Shown: positions 1 through 10,336 of the stretch, one piece after another
Numbering within the stretch: position 1 is the first letter of the stretch
Layout of the letters: the number at the start of each line of letters is the position of its first letter
Assembly (NCBI GenBank): GCA_025055035.1
Contig: JANWZB010000001.1
Span: 4,785 to 68,784, forward strand
Length of the DNA: 64,000 bases
Direction: 5' to 3'
Origin: Candidatus Kapaibacterium sp.
GTDB lineage: Bacteria; Bacteroidota; Ignavibacteria; Kapaibacteriales; UBA4661
Program-made: the position numbers and the translations under genes
Notes under the pieces: model-generated
What the model was told of the DNA's origin: nothing
Database searches by the model: none
The model's input: only the letters and a program-made list of their open reading frames with translations

Positions 1-139
1 GCAGAATGGCAGATGCATGCTCCATATGCAGAAAGACAATACGTGATATGATGATGTTCTACCATGGATGATGCAATGAAAAGTCTTGAAACTCGTTTGT
101 TGTGTAAAGAACTGTCATATGTGATACTGGTTCTATCAT

Positions 140-571
140 ATGAGGCAGCTTGCAGGGTTGTGCGTATGGAGCGTAGCGCTTCTAGTGGAAACAAGTGCTC
201 AGGGATGTGCACAAACGTCTGGGACGATTGTTGTAGTGATGCATGGTATGAAGAGTGATGCAGGATACATGAGAGTTGCACTATTTTCTCCCCGCGATGT
301 GTTTCCTAGTGATAAGCCGTTTCGGGGACTATCTGTGCCGATTCGCAGTCGCGAAGCACAATGCGTATTTGAGAACGTACCATTTGGAGAGTATGCCGTT
401 TCTGCATTCCATGATGAAAATGCTAACCAAAAACTCGACATGAGCATTTTCGGACCGACAGAATCGTATGGTTTTTCCAACGGTGCACGTAGTTTCTTTC
501 CTCCACCATTTGAGCGAGCAAAGGTCTCATTTCATGAGAAAACACTAACTGTCGTGATCGAAGTACGATAG
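140..571 (+). CDS. DUF2141-family secreted protein
   Basis: N-terminal signal-peptide-like segment. Motif HDENANQKLD...FGPTESYGFSN matches the conserved core of DUF2141 proteins as I recall it. Confidence 0.55.
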   Translation: MRQLAGLCVWSVALLVETSAQGCAQTSGTIVVVMHGMKSDAGYMRVALFSPRDVFPSDKPFRGLSVPIRSREAQCVFENVPFGEYAVSAFHDENANQKLDMSIFGPTESYGFSNGARSFFPPPFERAKVSFHEKTLTVVIEVR

Positions 572-604
572 CCATAGTTATATTCGCTTCCCCGCTCTTA
601 CATC

Positions 605-1231
605 ATGAGTACCGCATTCCGATTTCATCATGCTGAGCAGCATATTGCATCGGTAGACCCCGTGATGCAAAGGTGGATACATCGCGTTGGACACTGCACG
701 CTCGAGCCAAAAGGTGATATATTCCTTGTGTTGTGCGATGCAATTATTTCACAACAAATCTCTGTGAAAGCAAGTGCTGCAATTCTTGAGCGCTTCTGTA
801 TGCTCTTTCCGAATAATGCACCTACACCCAATGCATTGCTGCGCATGGATAACGCATCGTTGTATACTGTGGGATTATCTCGAGCGAAGGTATCGTACCT
901 TTACGATGCAGCAGCGCGATGTATGGATGGAACGGTGGAGCTCAACACACTGCACATGCTCGATGATGAAACGCTGATGCAAACGCTTATGCGAATCAAG
1001 GGCGTCGGACGCTGGACAGCAGAAATGGTCATGATTTTTGCACTGAACCGTCTAGACGTCTTGTCTGTGGGGGATTTAGGATTACGCAAGGCAATGATGC
1101 AGTTGTATAGATTGACGGTATTGCCTACACCACTCGAAATGCTCAGCATTGCTGAACTGTGGAGACCGTATCGAACTATTGGATCGTGGTATCTCTGGAA
1201 GGTTGTTGATACAGAGCCAAATCGTTGGTAA
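605..1231 (+). CDS. alkA: DNA-3-methyladenine glycosylase II (HhH-GPD family, AlkA-like)
   Basis: HhH-GPD motif GVGRWTAEMV and catalytic-Asp region VGDLGLRKA. Length about 208 aa. Confidence 0.75.
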   Translation: MSTAFRFHHAEQHIASVDPVMQRWIHRVGHCTLEPKGDIFLVLCDAIISQQISVKASAAILERFCMLFPNNAPTPNALLRMDNASLYTVGLSRAKVSYLYDAAARCMDGTVELNTLHMLDDETLMQTLMRIKGVGRWTAEMVMIFALNRLDVLSVGDLGLRKAMMQLYRLTVLPTPLEMLSIAELWRPYRTIGSWYLWKVVDTEPNRW

Positions 1232-2794
1232 AGCCGTGATAGGTGATATCAATATTACGATGGCTTGCTCGTTCTGCAAATTCTGTAATTGCATCATAGA
1301 CATCTGCATCAATATGTCGTGCTTGCGTTGCGTCAATCACAACAGAAGCACCATGAGGTATTTTCTGAAGCTGTTGCTGTAGCTCTGGTTTGTGAATGAA
1401 GTTCATATCTTTAGTGAAGTGTAGCGTATACTGGTTCTCATAATGTGTGAGCATGACAGGATATTGATAGTTACGGCGAACAACGTAGAACATTTTCATG
1501 CATAGCCCAAGTGCTATGCCGGTCAGAAGCGTTGTAGAAATGCTGATAACAGTCGTAACAATAAACGGAACAAACTCTTCCGTTCCCGCTCTATACATAC
1601 GCAGGAAGAGCGTAACATGAGCAAGTTTATAGCCAATAAAGATGAGAACCATCGCTAGAGTTGCAAGAGGAATATGATTCAGCAAGGGTGCGGCAAAGAC
1701 AGTGAAGACAGTAAAGACAAGTAGTATCAGACCGTGTAGAGTTGTTGACAGGCGTGTACATGCTCCGGCATAAATATAGTATTTGCTGAGCTTCTCACAA
1801 CCACTGATGTTATGGGCAGGTCTCCAAGGATTCCAGACACAATGTTTCCGATACCTTGTGCTCGAAGCTCTTTATTTGCGTCGGAAGAGCGATGTAGTGG
1901 GTCGAGCTTATCTACTGCTTCAAGCGATAGTAGTGTCTCGATACTAGCAATTAGAGCTAACGTTGCTGCTGTCAAATAGACTGAAGCATCTGTTAATACA
2001 AGAACGTTGGGAACATGAAAGCTTGCCAAAAACTCTTGAGGATGGGCAAGAATGGGAAGCTGCACAAGATGTCCTTGCTCTGTACGAAGACACATACTTG
2101 GAAATATAAGCCCACACACTTCATTGCACACTGTTCCCAAAGTGACAGCAATGAGTGCTGCAGGAATAACGTTGAGCAAAGCACTGCGCTTTGTCCGCTG
2201 AATGTGTTCCCAGAGCAGTATCACCAATGCCGATATAGCACTAATACCTATTGCCGTGGGGTGTGCACTGACAAGAGAGCGTACAATCTCGCTTAGAGCA
2301 TTTAGCTGCCCGGTTGGTTCTATGATGTCAAACTCTCCTGCGGCATGTATATTGCCCCCTAGTACATAGGGGATTTGCCTGAGAATGATGAGAATTCCAA
2401 TTGCTGCAAGCATTCCTCGAACGATGCTACGCGGAACGAAATCTTTTAATATACCAGCTCGCAGATAACTCAGAGCTATCTGGAGAAAACCTGCCAACAC
2501 AACTGCAACAAGGAAATTAGTATATCCTCCAAGTGTTTGAATGGCCGCTACTACAACGGCGACTAACCCTGCTGCCGGACCGCTGACACTAAGCTCTGAG
2601 CCAGATAGCAGCCCAACAAGAACTCCACCTACAACGCCGGCAATGATCCCACTAAGCAACGGTGCTCCAGAGGCGAGAGCAATTTCCAAGCACAGCAGTA
2701 ATGCAACAAGAACAACAGCAATCGCAGAGGATATATCGCGTTGATAACTGTAGTATCTTGTCTTGTTGCTGTGAGGCAATGTATCTTGCTTCAT
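1176..2794 (-). pseudogene. SulP-family sulfate/anion permease with C-terminal STAS domain, apparently frameshifted
   Basis: ORF 1727..2794 encodes the N-terminal SulP membrane domain (LPITSVVVRSSAN region) and then runs into nonsense. ORF 1176..1685 continues the last membrane helices plus the STAS domain in another frame. Together 355+169 aa is close to a full-length SulP. Either a real frameshift or a sequencing error. Confidence 0.6.
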
Positions 2795-2817
2795 AATCGA
2801 GGCTTATGCCTTGTTCT

Positions 2818-5031
2818 CTAACAGGGATTTAGTGGGAAGGGTAGCTCGCGAACACGTTTTCTGATTAGTGCGAAGAGAGCATTACCAACAGCAGCTGCAA
2901 TCGGACCAATACCAACTTCACCCATACCATGAGGAGTTTCGGAGCCTTGAAGAATATCGATGTGAATGTTGGGAGCTTCGGGCAGGGTAAGAAGCGGATA
3001 AGTATCAAAATTTGATGACTCAGCAAGACCGTTACGAAATGTGATTGCCTCGTGAAAAACGCTACTCAAACCCATAATGATTGCTCCTTGTATTTGTGCC
3101 GCCGCGCCGTTAGGATTGATAACTGTTCCGGCGTCAACAACTGCCCAGACATTATGCACACGAAGACGTCCTTCTGCCACAGAAACTTCTGCAACTTCCA
3201 CAGCGATTGTGCGTGAGTGTACACACATTGCTATGCCTTTAGCTCTACCGGGAGCTAGTGGCTTCGACCACTCAGAGATAATGTGCATGCGTTCCAGTGC
3301 TGCTTTGTAACGCGCCCCAAGCTCAGTATTGGGGATATGCTCCAGGCGAAATATAAGCGGGTCTTTCCCGGCAGCATGAGCAAGCTCATCAATAAATGAT
3401 TCACGTGCAAAGGTGTTAGGAAGTAAGCCTAGTCCGCGCCACAATGCTGTAAAAAAAGGGAGTTTGATACGATGAAAGAAAACAGCATGGTGCGGAATGT
3501 CGTACTCGAAGAGCCCTCCTGTTGTTGCTCCGGGGTCGATAGCAAAAGTATCTGCGAATGCTTCTCCAAATGTACCTGCTAAGAGCGGTGCAATGCTCAA
3601 TAGGACATCACCACTTGCAATGTCGTGCTCCAAAGCAAGAATTCTACCGTTGTCGAGCTTCCCACGCAAGCGATGATGCGATGGTGGACGATAGTACCCA
3701 TACCGCATGTCTTCCTCACGTGTCCATGCAACATGAACAGGACGACCAACAGCACGAGAAAGCATGGCGGCTTCAAGCCCAACATCGTATCCGAGCTTTC
3801 GTCCAAATCCGCCACCAACATATGCCGGCTGAACACGGATAATGCTTTTATCCACACCAAGAGCACGGGCTATCATAATGCGCACTGCTTCAGGCATTTG
3901 TGTGGAGACTACGACGTCGATAGCATCGCTACGAACAAATGCTAACGCTGCTTGCGGCTCCAAATGAGCATGAGCTGCTGTAGCAGTGCGGTATTCCGAC
4001 GAAATGTCAGCAATACTGCAGTGCTCCTGAGGATTTCCACGCTCCTGAATAATGATAGCAGATGCTCTGTTATGAGGAACAGTGACTAAGCGGTCTATAG
4101 CATCTTGAGATTCTGACATTCCTCCTTCCCATACGCATTCTAATGATTTAGCGGCTTCGCGCGCGATAGAACGGCGCTCAGCAACAACGCCAGCAAATCC
4201 CTGCTCAATTACGATTTTAACGACTCCTTGCATCGAAGCTGCTTTTCCTGCTTGCGCACTTTTTAACACAGCACCGTAGCGCGGTGGCCGGGCAACTGCT
4301 CCATATAGCATATTAGGCATACGAGCATCGAAGCCATAGATAGCGCGTCCAGTCACCTTGTCGTATATATCAACACGTCCTACAGATTTACCAATCAGCG
4401 TAAAATCCCGTGCTGGTTTTAACGGGGCTTCGCGGGCAAGCTCCCATGTGCCCTGTTTTCCCGCAACAATATCGCCATAGCTTATGCTCTGCGATGAATC
4501 TGTACGTAGTGTAGCATATGATTCCTTCATCACAATATCAGCTGAACTAGCATGGAAGCGCTGTGCAGCTTCGATCCGCAACGTTTCGCGAATAGTTGCA
4601 GCAGCTTCGCGCAGGGGTAGGTATAAGGACGAAACAGACCAGCTACCGAATGTACTCAATGCTAGTCCGTGAAATCCACGTGTTGTATCAGCTTGCTTGA
4701 CAAAAAACTTTGACCAGTCTGCTTCTAGCTCATCAGCCGCTATCTGACCGAGTGCAGTGTGAATGCCCTGCCCAATTTCAATTTTTGGGACGTAGAGCTC
4801 GATCGTGTTATTGGCATGTATAGTAAACCACACAAACGGTTGGTCGGGGAGAATCTCAGGTGGTGCATATGCTTCGGTGAGCGCAGAGATGCTTCTTTGC
4901 AGATACTTCCATCCCAGTATGCTACCAATTCCTATTGTAAGTAATCCGCTGCTGCTAGCAATTAGGAAAGTGCGGCGTGAGAATGTCTTGCGCTCAGATT
5001 GTTCGCTAGAAGGAGATATGTGCGACGGCAT
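2818..5031 (-). CDS. molybdopterin-binding large subunit of an aldehyde oxidase / isoquinoline 1-oxidoreductase-type enzyme (IorB-like)
   Basis: Twin-arginine signal SRRTFLIASSSGLL at the trimmed start (the ORF track extends to 5229). Xanthine-dehydrogenase-family motif GGGFGRK...VHVAWTREEDMRYGYYRP. Confidence 0.8.
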   Translation of the reverse strand: MPSHISPSSEQSERKTFSRRTFLIASSSGLLTIGIGSILGWKYLQRSISALTEAYAPPEILPDQPFVWFTIHANNTIELYVPKIEIGQGIHTALGQIAADELEADWSKFFVKQADTTRGFHGLALSTFGSWSVSSLYLPLREAAATIRETLRIEAAQRFHASSADIVMKESYATLRTDSSQSISYGDIVAGKQGTWELAREAPLKPARDFTLIGKSVGRVDIYDKVTGRAIYGFDARMPNMLYGAVARPPRYGAVLKSAQAGKAASMQGVVKIVIEQGFAGVVAERRSIAREAAKSLECVWEGGMSESQDAIDRLVTVPHNRASAIIIQERGNPQEHCSIADISSEYRTATAAHAHLEPQAALAFVRSDAIDVVVSTQMPEAVRIMIARALGVDKSIIRVQPAYVGGGFGRKLGYDVGLEAAMLSRAVGRPVHVAWTREEDMRYGYYRPPSHHRLRGKLDNGRILALEHDIASGDVLLSIAPLLAGTFGEAFADTFAIDPGATTGGLFEYDIPHHAVFFHRIKLPFFTALWRGLGLLPNTFARESFIDELAHAAGKDPLIFRLEHIPNTELGARYKAALERMHIISEWSKPLAPGRAKGIAMCVHSRTIAVEVAEVSVAEGRLRVHNVWAVVDAGTVINPNGAAAQIQGAIIMGLSSVFHEAITFRNGLAESSNFDTYPLLTLPEAPNIHIDILQGSETPHGMGEVGIGPIAAAVGNALFALIRKRVRELPFPLNPC

Positions 5032-5161
5032 ACGATGTAGCGTGATAGTTCCTCTGGAGCTGCATAAGTTCATTTGAATGCGATATACATCAGAGTCTGA
5101 ATTCTGCTTTGATAGCTGCTGTGTGTAGTGCTGCTCTTCACGGAGAAAGGCTACGGTGAGA

Positions 5162-5641
5162 TTATACGTGTGCTCGCATGTACTCAGCAGCTCGTCGTAC
5201 AGCAGAGCGTATGCGCACGTAGCACCCACAGCGGCAATAGTTACTTGCTAGAGCATTATCAATCTCGTCGTCTGTTGGGCTAGGATTATCGCGGAGCAAA
5301 GCGGCAGCAGTCATGATTTGGCCGCTGATACACCACGCACACTGCGGAACTTGCTCATCAATAAATGCTTGCTGGACGGGATGTAAGATTTCTGTTCCGT
5401 CCTCACCGAGCTGCGCTAAGCCTTCTATGGTTGTGATTATTTGTCCAAGAGCAGCGCCAACTGGTGTTACGCACGAGCGTACTGGTACACCATTGATATG
5501 AATTGTGCATGAACCACATATTCCCGCCCCACAACCCATCTTTGTGCCTGTGAGTCCTAGATCGTCACGCAGTATCCATACGAGCATTTCACTCGAGTCG
5601 CAATGAACAGTGTATGTTCTGCCATTGATGTGCAAATCCAT
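5162..5641 (-). CDS. (2Fe-2S)-binding small subunit (IorA-like)
   Basis: Two Cys clusters CGAGICGSC and CAWC...CRCGCY. The in-frame upstream extension to 5773 is hydrophobic and could be a membrane anchor. The conservative start at MDLHINGRTY is used. Confidence 0.8.
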   Translation of the reverse strand: MDLHINGRTYTVHCDSSEMLVWILRDDLGLTGTKMGCGAGICGSCTIHINGVPVRSCVTPVGAALGQIITTIEGLAQLGEDGTEILHPVQQAFIDEQVPQCAWCISGQIMTAAALLRDNPSPTDDEIDNALASNYCRCGCYVRIRSAVRRAAEYMRAHV

Positions 5642-5808
5642 TGTGCAACTCCAAAACATTGCAAACAACAGCATTGCTAGAATAGCACTTGCGGCTGCAA
5701 CATACATTGGATTTTGGTAAGGAGCAAGGAAAATACAGGGCGTATTTACAAAAAAAATACCGCAAAGGCGCATAAAATCTTGATTTTCATATATGCGTAT
5801 CTGTATTC

Positions 5809-7866
5809 CTATTTTGGCAGTGCATACTCGACGACAAGACCCATAGCGTACATGCGGCCTTCTGGAGTTGCATCATCAAAAATGCGCTTCTGCGAGATTG
5901 TTGTGGAAGAGGATATGTCCTGAAAATTTATGAGCCTCTGTAATAAGCCATCGCGGTGAGTGTAGTATACATGTGGTCTGTCGATGTCCACATACTGCTG
6001 AGACTGCTGTATTATTAGTGCGATCTTGCGTAGTGTGTCGTTGGGTGTATTGTGCAAAAGGATAGAGCGTTCTTCGCGTATGTGCGGGGGCTCTTCGACG
6101 ACTTTCAATGTAACGAGCGGAGCTTCAAATCTATTGTTTGTAATATCATCAATCGTAAGCCTCATGCTGAGTTCATCGGCGCTTACAGGAGGATGAGTGC
6201 GGATATCCCATGTGTATGTTTGTGGAGCTGGTGCTTGCCCTTGAGCAGCGTGAATTGTCAATGCCTCGCGCTGAGTAAACTGAAAAATTTCTAAATCCCA
6301 TTGTTTTAAGCCTTGTCCAGCAACAATTTCTAGGTCGAGCTGCAGTCGCTCTGGAACAGTGAATCGGCGCTCAATATTGAGAATAACATCCTCTAAGAGC
6401 CCTTCTGAATTTGCTGATAGTTGAGCACTGCGTAACTCATCATGTCTTGTGATTGGGATATGATGAGGTGCTGAGAGAACTTTGTGGGAAATGATGATTT
6501 GCTCGCGGGGAATGCGCCAAACATTATACAGATAGCTTGCAACTGCTGTCGCACGTGCTTCAGCAAGGCGCTGCGGTTGCTGTTCGTAGTCAAGTGCTGT
6601 ACCAGTGATTGTGAGCATGCTTTTAGCAGCGTTGCGCAAGCGGTAGCCAATGATATTGATAATCTGATAATACACTGTAGCTATGAGCTTTTCAGAGCTC
6701 AAAGAACTTGCCGCAGAGCTTGTATTCAAAGCTTCTGGAGAAAACCTGCTGGCATCAGAGCTTGAGGTAAGCACTTTATAGCGCGAAGGTATAATACTAG
6801 AGTTCTCAGCAAAGAATATCATTGGTAGCAAAGCAATGCGCTGCGTTGTAGGTATTCTTTTCAGGCGAATGGCGAATGCAGCGGTCGGTCGAACATCTCT
6901 GTTCCCCGTAGCAGCAATAGTATACGAGATAGTATCGGAGGGTTGACTCTGACTATTGGCAATGGGTCGTATAGCAGTAATTCTTGCTTTTAGCTCTTTT
7001 TTGCGCGCTTCCTGTGCTTCCGCAAGTGCCTGCTGTGCAATTGCTTGTGCTTGCCGTAAACTGTCTTGGAAGCGTTGCTCAAGTTCTGCAGGGGTCAAAT
7101 CAGTTGTGCGGTAAGGAGAAAATTTAAGCGAGAAACCAAGACGGAGCGATGCGATTCTCCAATCAATATCGGGGATAACTGACCGCAGCGGAAGAGCATA
7201 GAATGCCTCGAGTGAGGGAAGTATTGTTCCTGCTTGATTGACTTGAAGCTCAAGTGCTGCTCCACCAACAAGCGCAATCTGAAGAGGCGATACTCCGGGT
7301 AGAATACCAGTGCTGCCGTTGAACGTTCGTTGGCCATTAGTGTAGGTGATATCGTCTGGTTCGATAATGCGCTCTCGATATTGATAGGCAGATTGCACAA
7401 ATGTGCCTACCTGTATGCCAAGCGATGCTGTTAAACGCCTAAGATATCGTGCTGTTACTGTTGGTTCAAACATAAAGGCAGATAACGATGTTTCAAGCTC
7501 ATGGCGGATTGTTGCCGTACCTCCTGCGATACGGACACGCTCAAGTGCTGTGAGATTCGCTCCCACGTTGTGGAAATATAATGCCCTGCCGGTAGCACTG
7601 ATAGTCAAGGCATTGTCGAGTTTTACAATAGGATATTCACCAAGAGCACCAATACTCCATCCCTGAGCAGAAGTGCCTCCATACTGTTGTTGACAGCAAG
7701 AAGGAATACCTGGTATGGTACTAAAGTTTGCGTAATGCTGGTGTATCATGTATGAGGCACTCAAACCAAAGCGTAGTGCTGTCGTGTCAGCGACTTGTGC
7801 ACAAAGAGCACAAAGAGAAAGAGATATTGCTACGTTTATTGTAGCTATAGTGAGAGCTGTGTTCAT
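5809..7866 (-). CDS. hypothetical secreted or outer-membrane protein with a possible OmpA-like segment and a coiled-coil stretch
   Basis: Signal-peptide-like N-terminus after trimming to MNTALTIATINVAISLSLCALCAQ. Alternating beta-strand-like region, a coiled coil (ELEQRFQDSLRQAQAIAQQALAEAQEARKKELKA), and a stretch RLAEARATAVASYL resembling OmpA C-terminal domains. Confidence 0.4.
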   Translation of the reverse strand: MNTALTIATINVAISLSLCALCAQVADTTALRFGLSASYMIHQHYANFSTIPGIPSCCQQQYGGTSAQGWSIGALGEYPIVKLDNALTISATGRALYFHNVGANLTALERVRIAGGTATIRHELETSLSAFMFEPTVTARYLRRLTASLGIQVGTFVQSAYQYRERIIEPDDITYTNGQRTFNGSTGILPGVSPLQIALVGGAALELQVNQAGTILPSLEAFYALPLRSVIPDIDWRIASLRLGFSLKFSPYRTTDLTPAELEQRFQDSLRQAQAIAQQALAEAQEARKKELKARITAIRPIANSQSQPSDTISYTIAATGNRDVRPTAAFAIRLKRIPTTQRIALLPMIFFAENSSIIPSRYKVLTSSSDASRFSPEALNTSSAASSLSSEKLIATVYYQIINIIGYRLRNAAKSMLTITGTALDYEQQPQRLAEARATAVASYLYNVWRIPREQIIISHKVLSAPHHIPITRHDELRSAQLSANSEGLLEDVILNIERRFTVPERLQLDLEIVAGQGLKQWDLEIFQFTQREALTIHAAQGQAPAPQTYTWDIRTHPPVSADELSMRLTIDDITNNRFEAPLVTLKVVEEPPHIREERSILLHNTPNDTLRKIALIIQQSQQYVDIDRPHVYYTHRDGLLQRLINFQDISSSTTISQKRIFDDATPEGRMYAMGLVVEYALPK

Positions 7867-7945
7867 ATTTCTGCCTTTTGGTGTTTGTGCATTTTGCAAT
7901 AACGGCATCATTGATCATCACCATCTGCACTCTTATCACAATAGC

Positions 7946-10132
7946 TTACGTATCTAGAGCCTTTCTTCCTATGAGGAAGTAGGTATTCATATATCCTTTA
8001 CTCTTTATTTCAATGCTACCACGTTCTTCAAAAGCAAATGTATCTCGGAGGGATCGATACACTGCCTCAGAGCAATGTATTCGCCTAGGTTCACCGTGAG
8101 ATTCCATACGACTTGCTGTGTTGACGGTATCACCCCACAAATCATACGTAAATCTATTTTGACCAATAACTCCTGCTGTTGCTTCGCCACAGTGAATACC
8201 AATGCGTAAGGATAAGTCCATATTAAGAAACTCAGCGCAGCGTTGGATTTCTTGCATCATTTCCAGAGCAAGGTCTGCCATAGCGACAAGATGGTCAGGA
8301 CGTGATGATGTAGAAAGCCCTCCGGCAACCATATATGCATCGCCAATAGTCTTAATTTTTTCTAGCCCGTAGTTTTGCGTGAGCGTGTCGAATGAAGAAA
8401 ACACGACATTCAGCATATCTACAAGCTCTCGTGGACTAATATGGGCAGATAGCTTAGTAAAACCAACAATATCAGCAAACATGACACCTACATTCGACAG
8501 ACCATCTGCAATACTCCCTTCCCCTTTCTTTAAGCGCTCGGCAATAGTTTCAGGTAAGATACTCTTCAGTAGATGATCGGATTTTTCACGCTCACGCTGA
8601 ATTTGAGCAATATACAGGTGTTGCTGACGGCGAATCTGATACAACTCGTGATGGAACTTCAAGCGCGCAAGGATTTCTGCTTTTTGGAATGGCTTAATGA
8701 TATAGTCGGAGCCACCAGCATCAAAGCCCTTTACAATTGCTTCGGTATCGTTTACACCACTCATGAAAATTATAGGAATATCACGTGTAGTAGCTGTATG
8801 CTTCAGCTGGTTACACACATGATATCCATCAATATCGGGCAAAACAACATCGAGAAGAACGATGTCTGGAGTGCGTGTTCTAACAGCCTGTAGGGCTTCT
8901 TGGCCACTTGTTACCAGCATAAGCTCAAACATTTCGTCGTGCAAAATATGCTTGAGCATCGAAAGATTAGTTATCGAATCATCAACTATCAGCAGAAGCG
9001 GCTTTGCCTGTGATTGCTCAAACTTTTCCTCGAAGGACTCACGTACAATCTGTGTCAGTACGGAGCGATGACTATCAGCGTGCGCTGTACTCACAGTAGC
9101 AGGAGCAGTGTTGTCGGAGTATTCATCATGGCTCTGGTCATGATTATATGTAAGAAGCTGCTGCTCAGTCTGTTCATTGCTGGTAATGCTTGCTTCCGCG
9201 CTATTGGTGATGTTTGTGTGTTCTGTCTGCTGGTGCATATCTGGCTGAAATGTGCGGATATCTGGATCTTGACTTTGAGGAAGATACTGCGCCACCCGCA
9301 ACGATTCCTGCACAATCTGGCGTATATCCTGCACATACTTTTTCATTGCGTGCTCTGCAAGGCGAGGAATATCCGTTACTTCTTGCATAAAGCTTTCGAC
9401 CGCGGCAAATCCTTGTACCATCTCGCGCACAGCAAAATGTAGTTCCGATTGACGATTCAGCACGTCAGCTTGTATTTTGCGTATTGCATCGAGATGCTCC
9501 TGTATTGCACTATATTGCTCATACAGTTCTGGCTCTTGCTCGCTCGCATCAGAAGACATCTGTAAAGTATTGGCAATATGCTCAAGAGTTGTTTCAACCT
9601 GCTTCTGTATGAGGTCAAGCTCTGTTCCAAAAATATTGGTGAAATCTTCTCGTAGTAAGTCTGGTAGCGCTAGTTGCAAGGATTCGAAGCTGTGTTGAAA
9701 CTGTTGCTCGAACTGTTGTCCTATGTGTTCCTGCACGACATAGTTAAGCTGCTGTATAAATTCATGTTCCAAGAACTCACGAATCTGCTGAAGCTGTGCT
9801 TGAGCCTGCATTTGCATCTCTCCACTCAACGAGGATTGGAGCACAACAAGCGTATCGTGTAACATTGCTGCAGATTGCTTTGTTTCACCTATCAATGCTT
9901 CGATAGTACCTTGTTCTTTGTGCGATGATTCAAGGATTGTAGTTGCTCGCTGTATATTGAGCATCATTTTCGAAAATGCGCCCTTTAATTCCCCTAGCAT
10001 ATGCGCTTGCTCCGTCAGCATCTGCGCTTGAGCACGTGATGATTGACGCGCTTGCCACACCAGCCACAGTAATACCGCGCTACATATTACAAGGATAGCA
10101 AGCGTACTAGACACTAGACTAAACTCAGACAT
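7946..10132 (-). CDS. membrane-anchored class III adenylate/guanylate cyclase with internal response-regulator receiver domain
   Basis: N-terminal TM helix and a long Q/E-rich coiled coil. Receiver domain LLLIVDDS...DIVLLDVVLPDIDG...DYIIKPF. Cyclase domain with FADIVGFT, KTIGDAYM and WGDTVNTASRMES. Start trimmed to MSEFSL. Confidence 0.8.
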   Translation of the reverse strand: MSEFSLVSSTLAILVICSAVLLWLVWQARQSSRAQAQMLTEQAHMLGELKGAFSKMMLNIQRATTILESSHKEQGTIEALIGETKQSAAMLHDTLVVLQSSLSGEMQMQAQAQLQQIREFLEHEFIQQLNYVVQEHIGQQFEQQFQHSFESLQLALPDLLREDFTNIFGTELDLIQKQVETTLEHIANTLQMSSDASEQEPELYEQYSAIQEHLDAIRKIQADVLNRQSELHFAVREMVQGFAAVESFMQEVTDIPRLAEHAMKKYVQDIRQIVQESLRVAQYLPQSQDPDIRTFQPDMHQQTEHTNITNSAEASITSNEQTEQQLLTYNHDQSHDEYSDNTAPATVSTAHADSHRSVLTQIVRESFEEKFEQSQAKPLLLIVDDSITNLSMLKHILHDEMFELMLVTSGQEALQAVRTRTPDIVLLDVVLPDIDGYHVCNQLKHTATTRDIPIIFMSGVNDTEAIVKGFDAGGSDYIIKPFQKAEILARLKFHHELYQIRRQQHLYIAQIQREREKSDHLLKSILPETIAERLKKGEGSIADGLSNVGVMFADIVGFTKLSAHISPRELVDMLNVVFSSFDTLTQNYGLEKIKTIGDAYMVAGGLSTSSRPDHLVAMADLALEMMQEIQRCAEFLNMDLSLRIGIHCGEATAGVIGQNRFTYDLWGDTVNTASRMESHGEPRRIHCSEAVYRSLRDTFAFEERGSIEIKSKGYMNTYFLIGRKALDT

Positions 10133-10336
10133 ACACCCTCGCACCGAGCAATGAGACAATACCACTGCATAGCAGAAATATACAAATTCATCTCTTCAAA
10201 ATTCTCTGAAAAGCGCCATGAGTACAGATTTTTGACGGAATGTCTACAGCAATAGCAATTTGCCAGATTATTCGATAAGGTGTATTTTTGTAGCCTACAG
10301 GTTGTGTCGTCTGCTATATGTTAAAGGGAGCAATCG

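Noticed and set aside
1176-1231. Convergent overlap of alkA and the SulP/STAS gene ends as evidence of mis-annotation
   Set aside because: Both reading frames end in conserved C-terminal sequence. Convergent 3' overlaps of this size do occur, so it is left as an observation under the frameshift finding.
5642-5773. Longer start for the FeS small subunit including a 44-aa N-terminal extension
   Set aside because: Not reported as the primary model because typical IorA/CoxS-type subunits start at the ferredoxin fold. Kept as an alternative because the extension is strongly hydrophobic.
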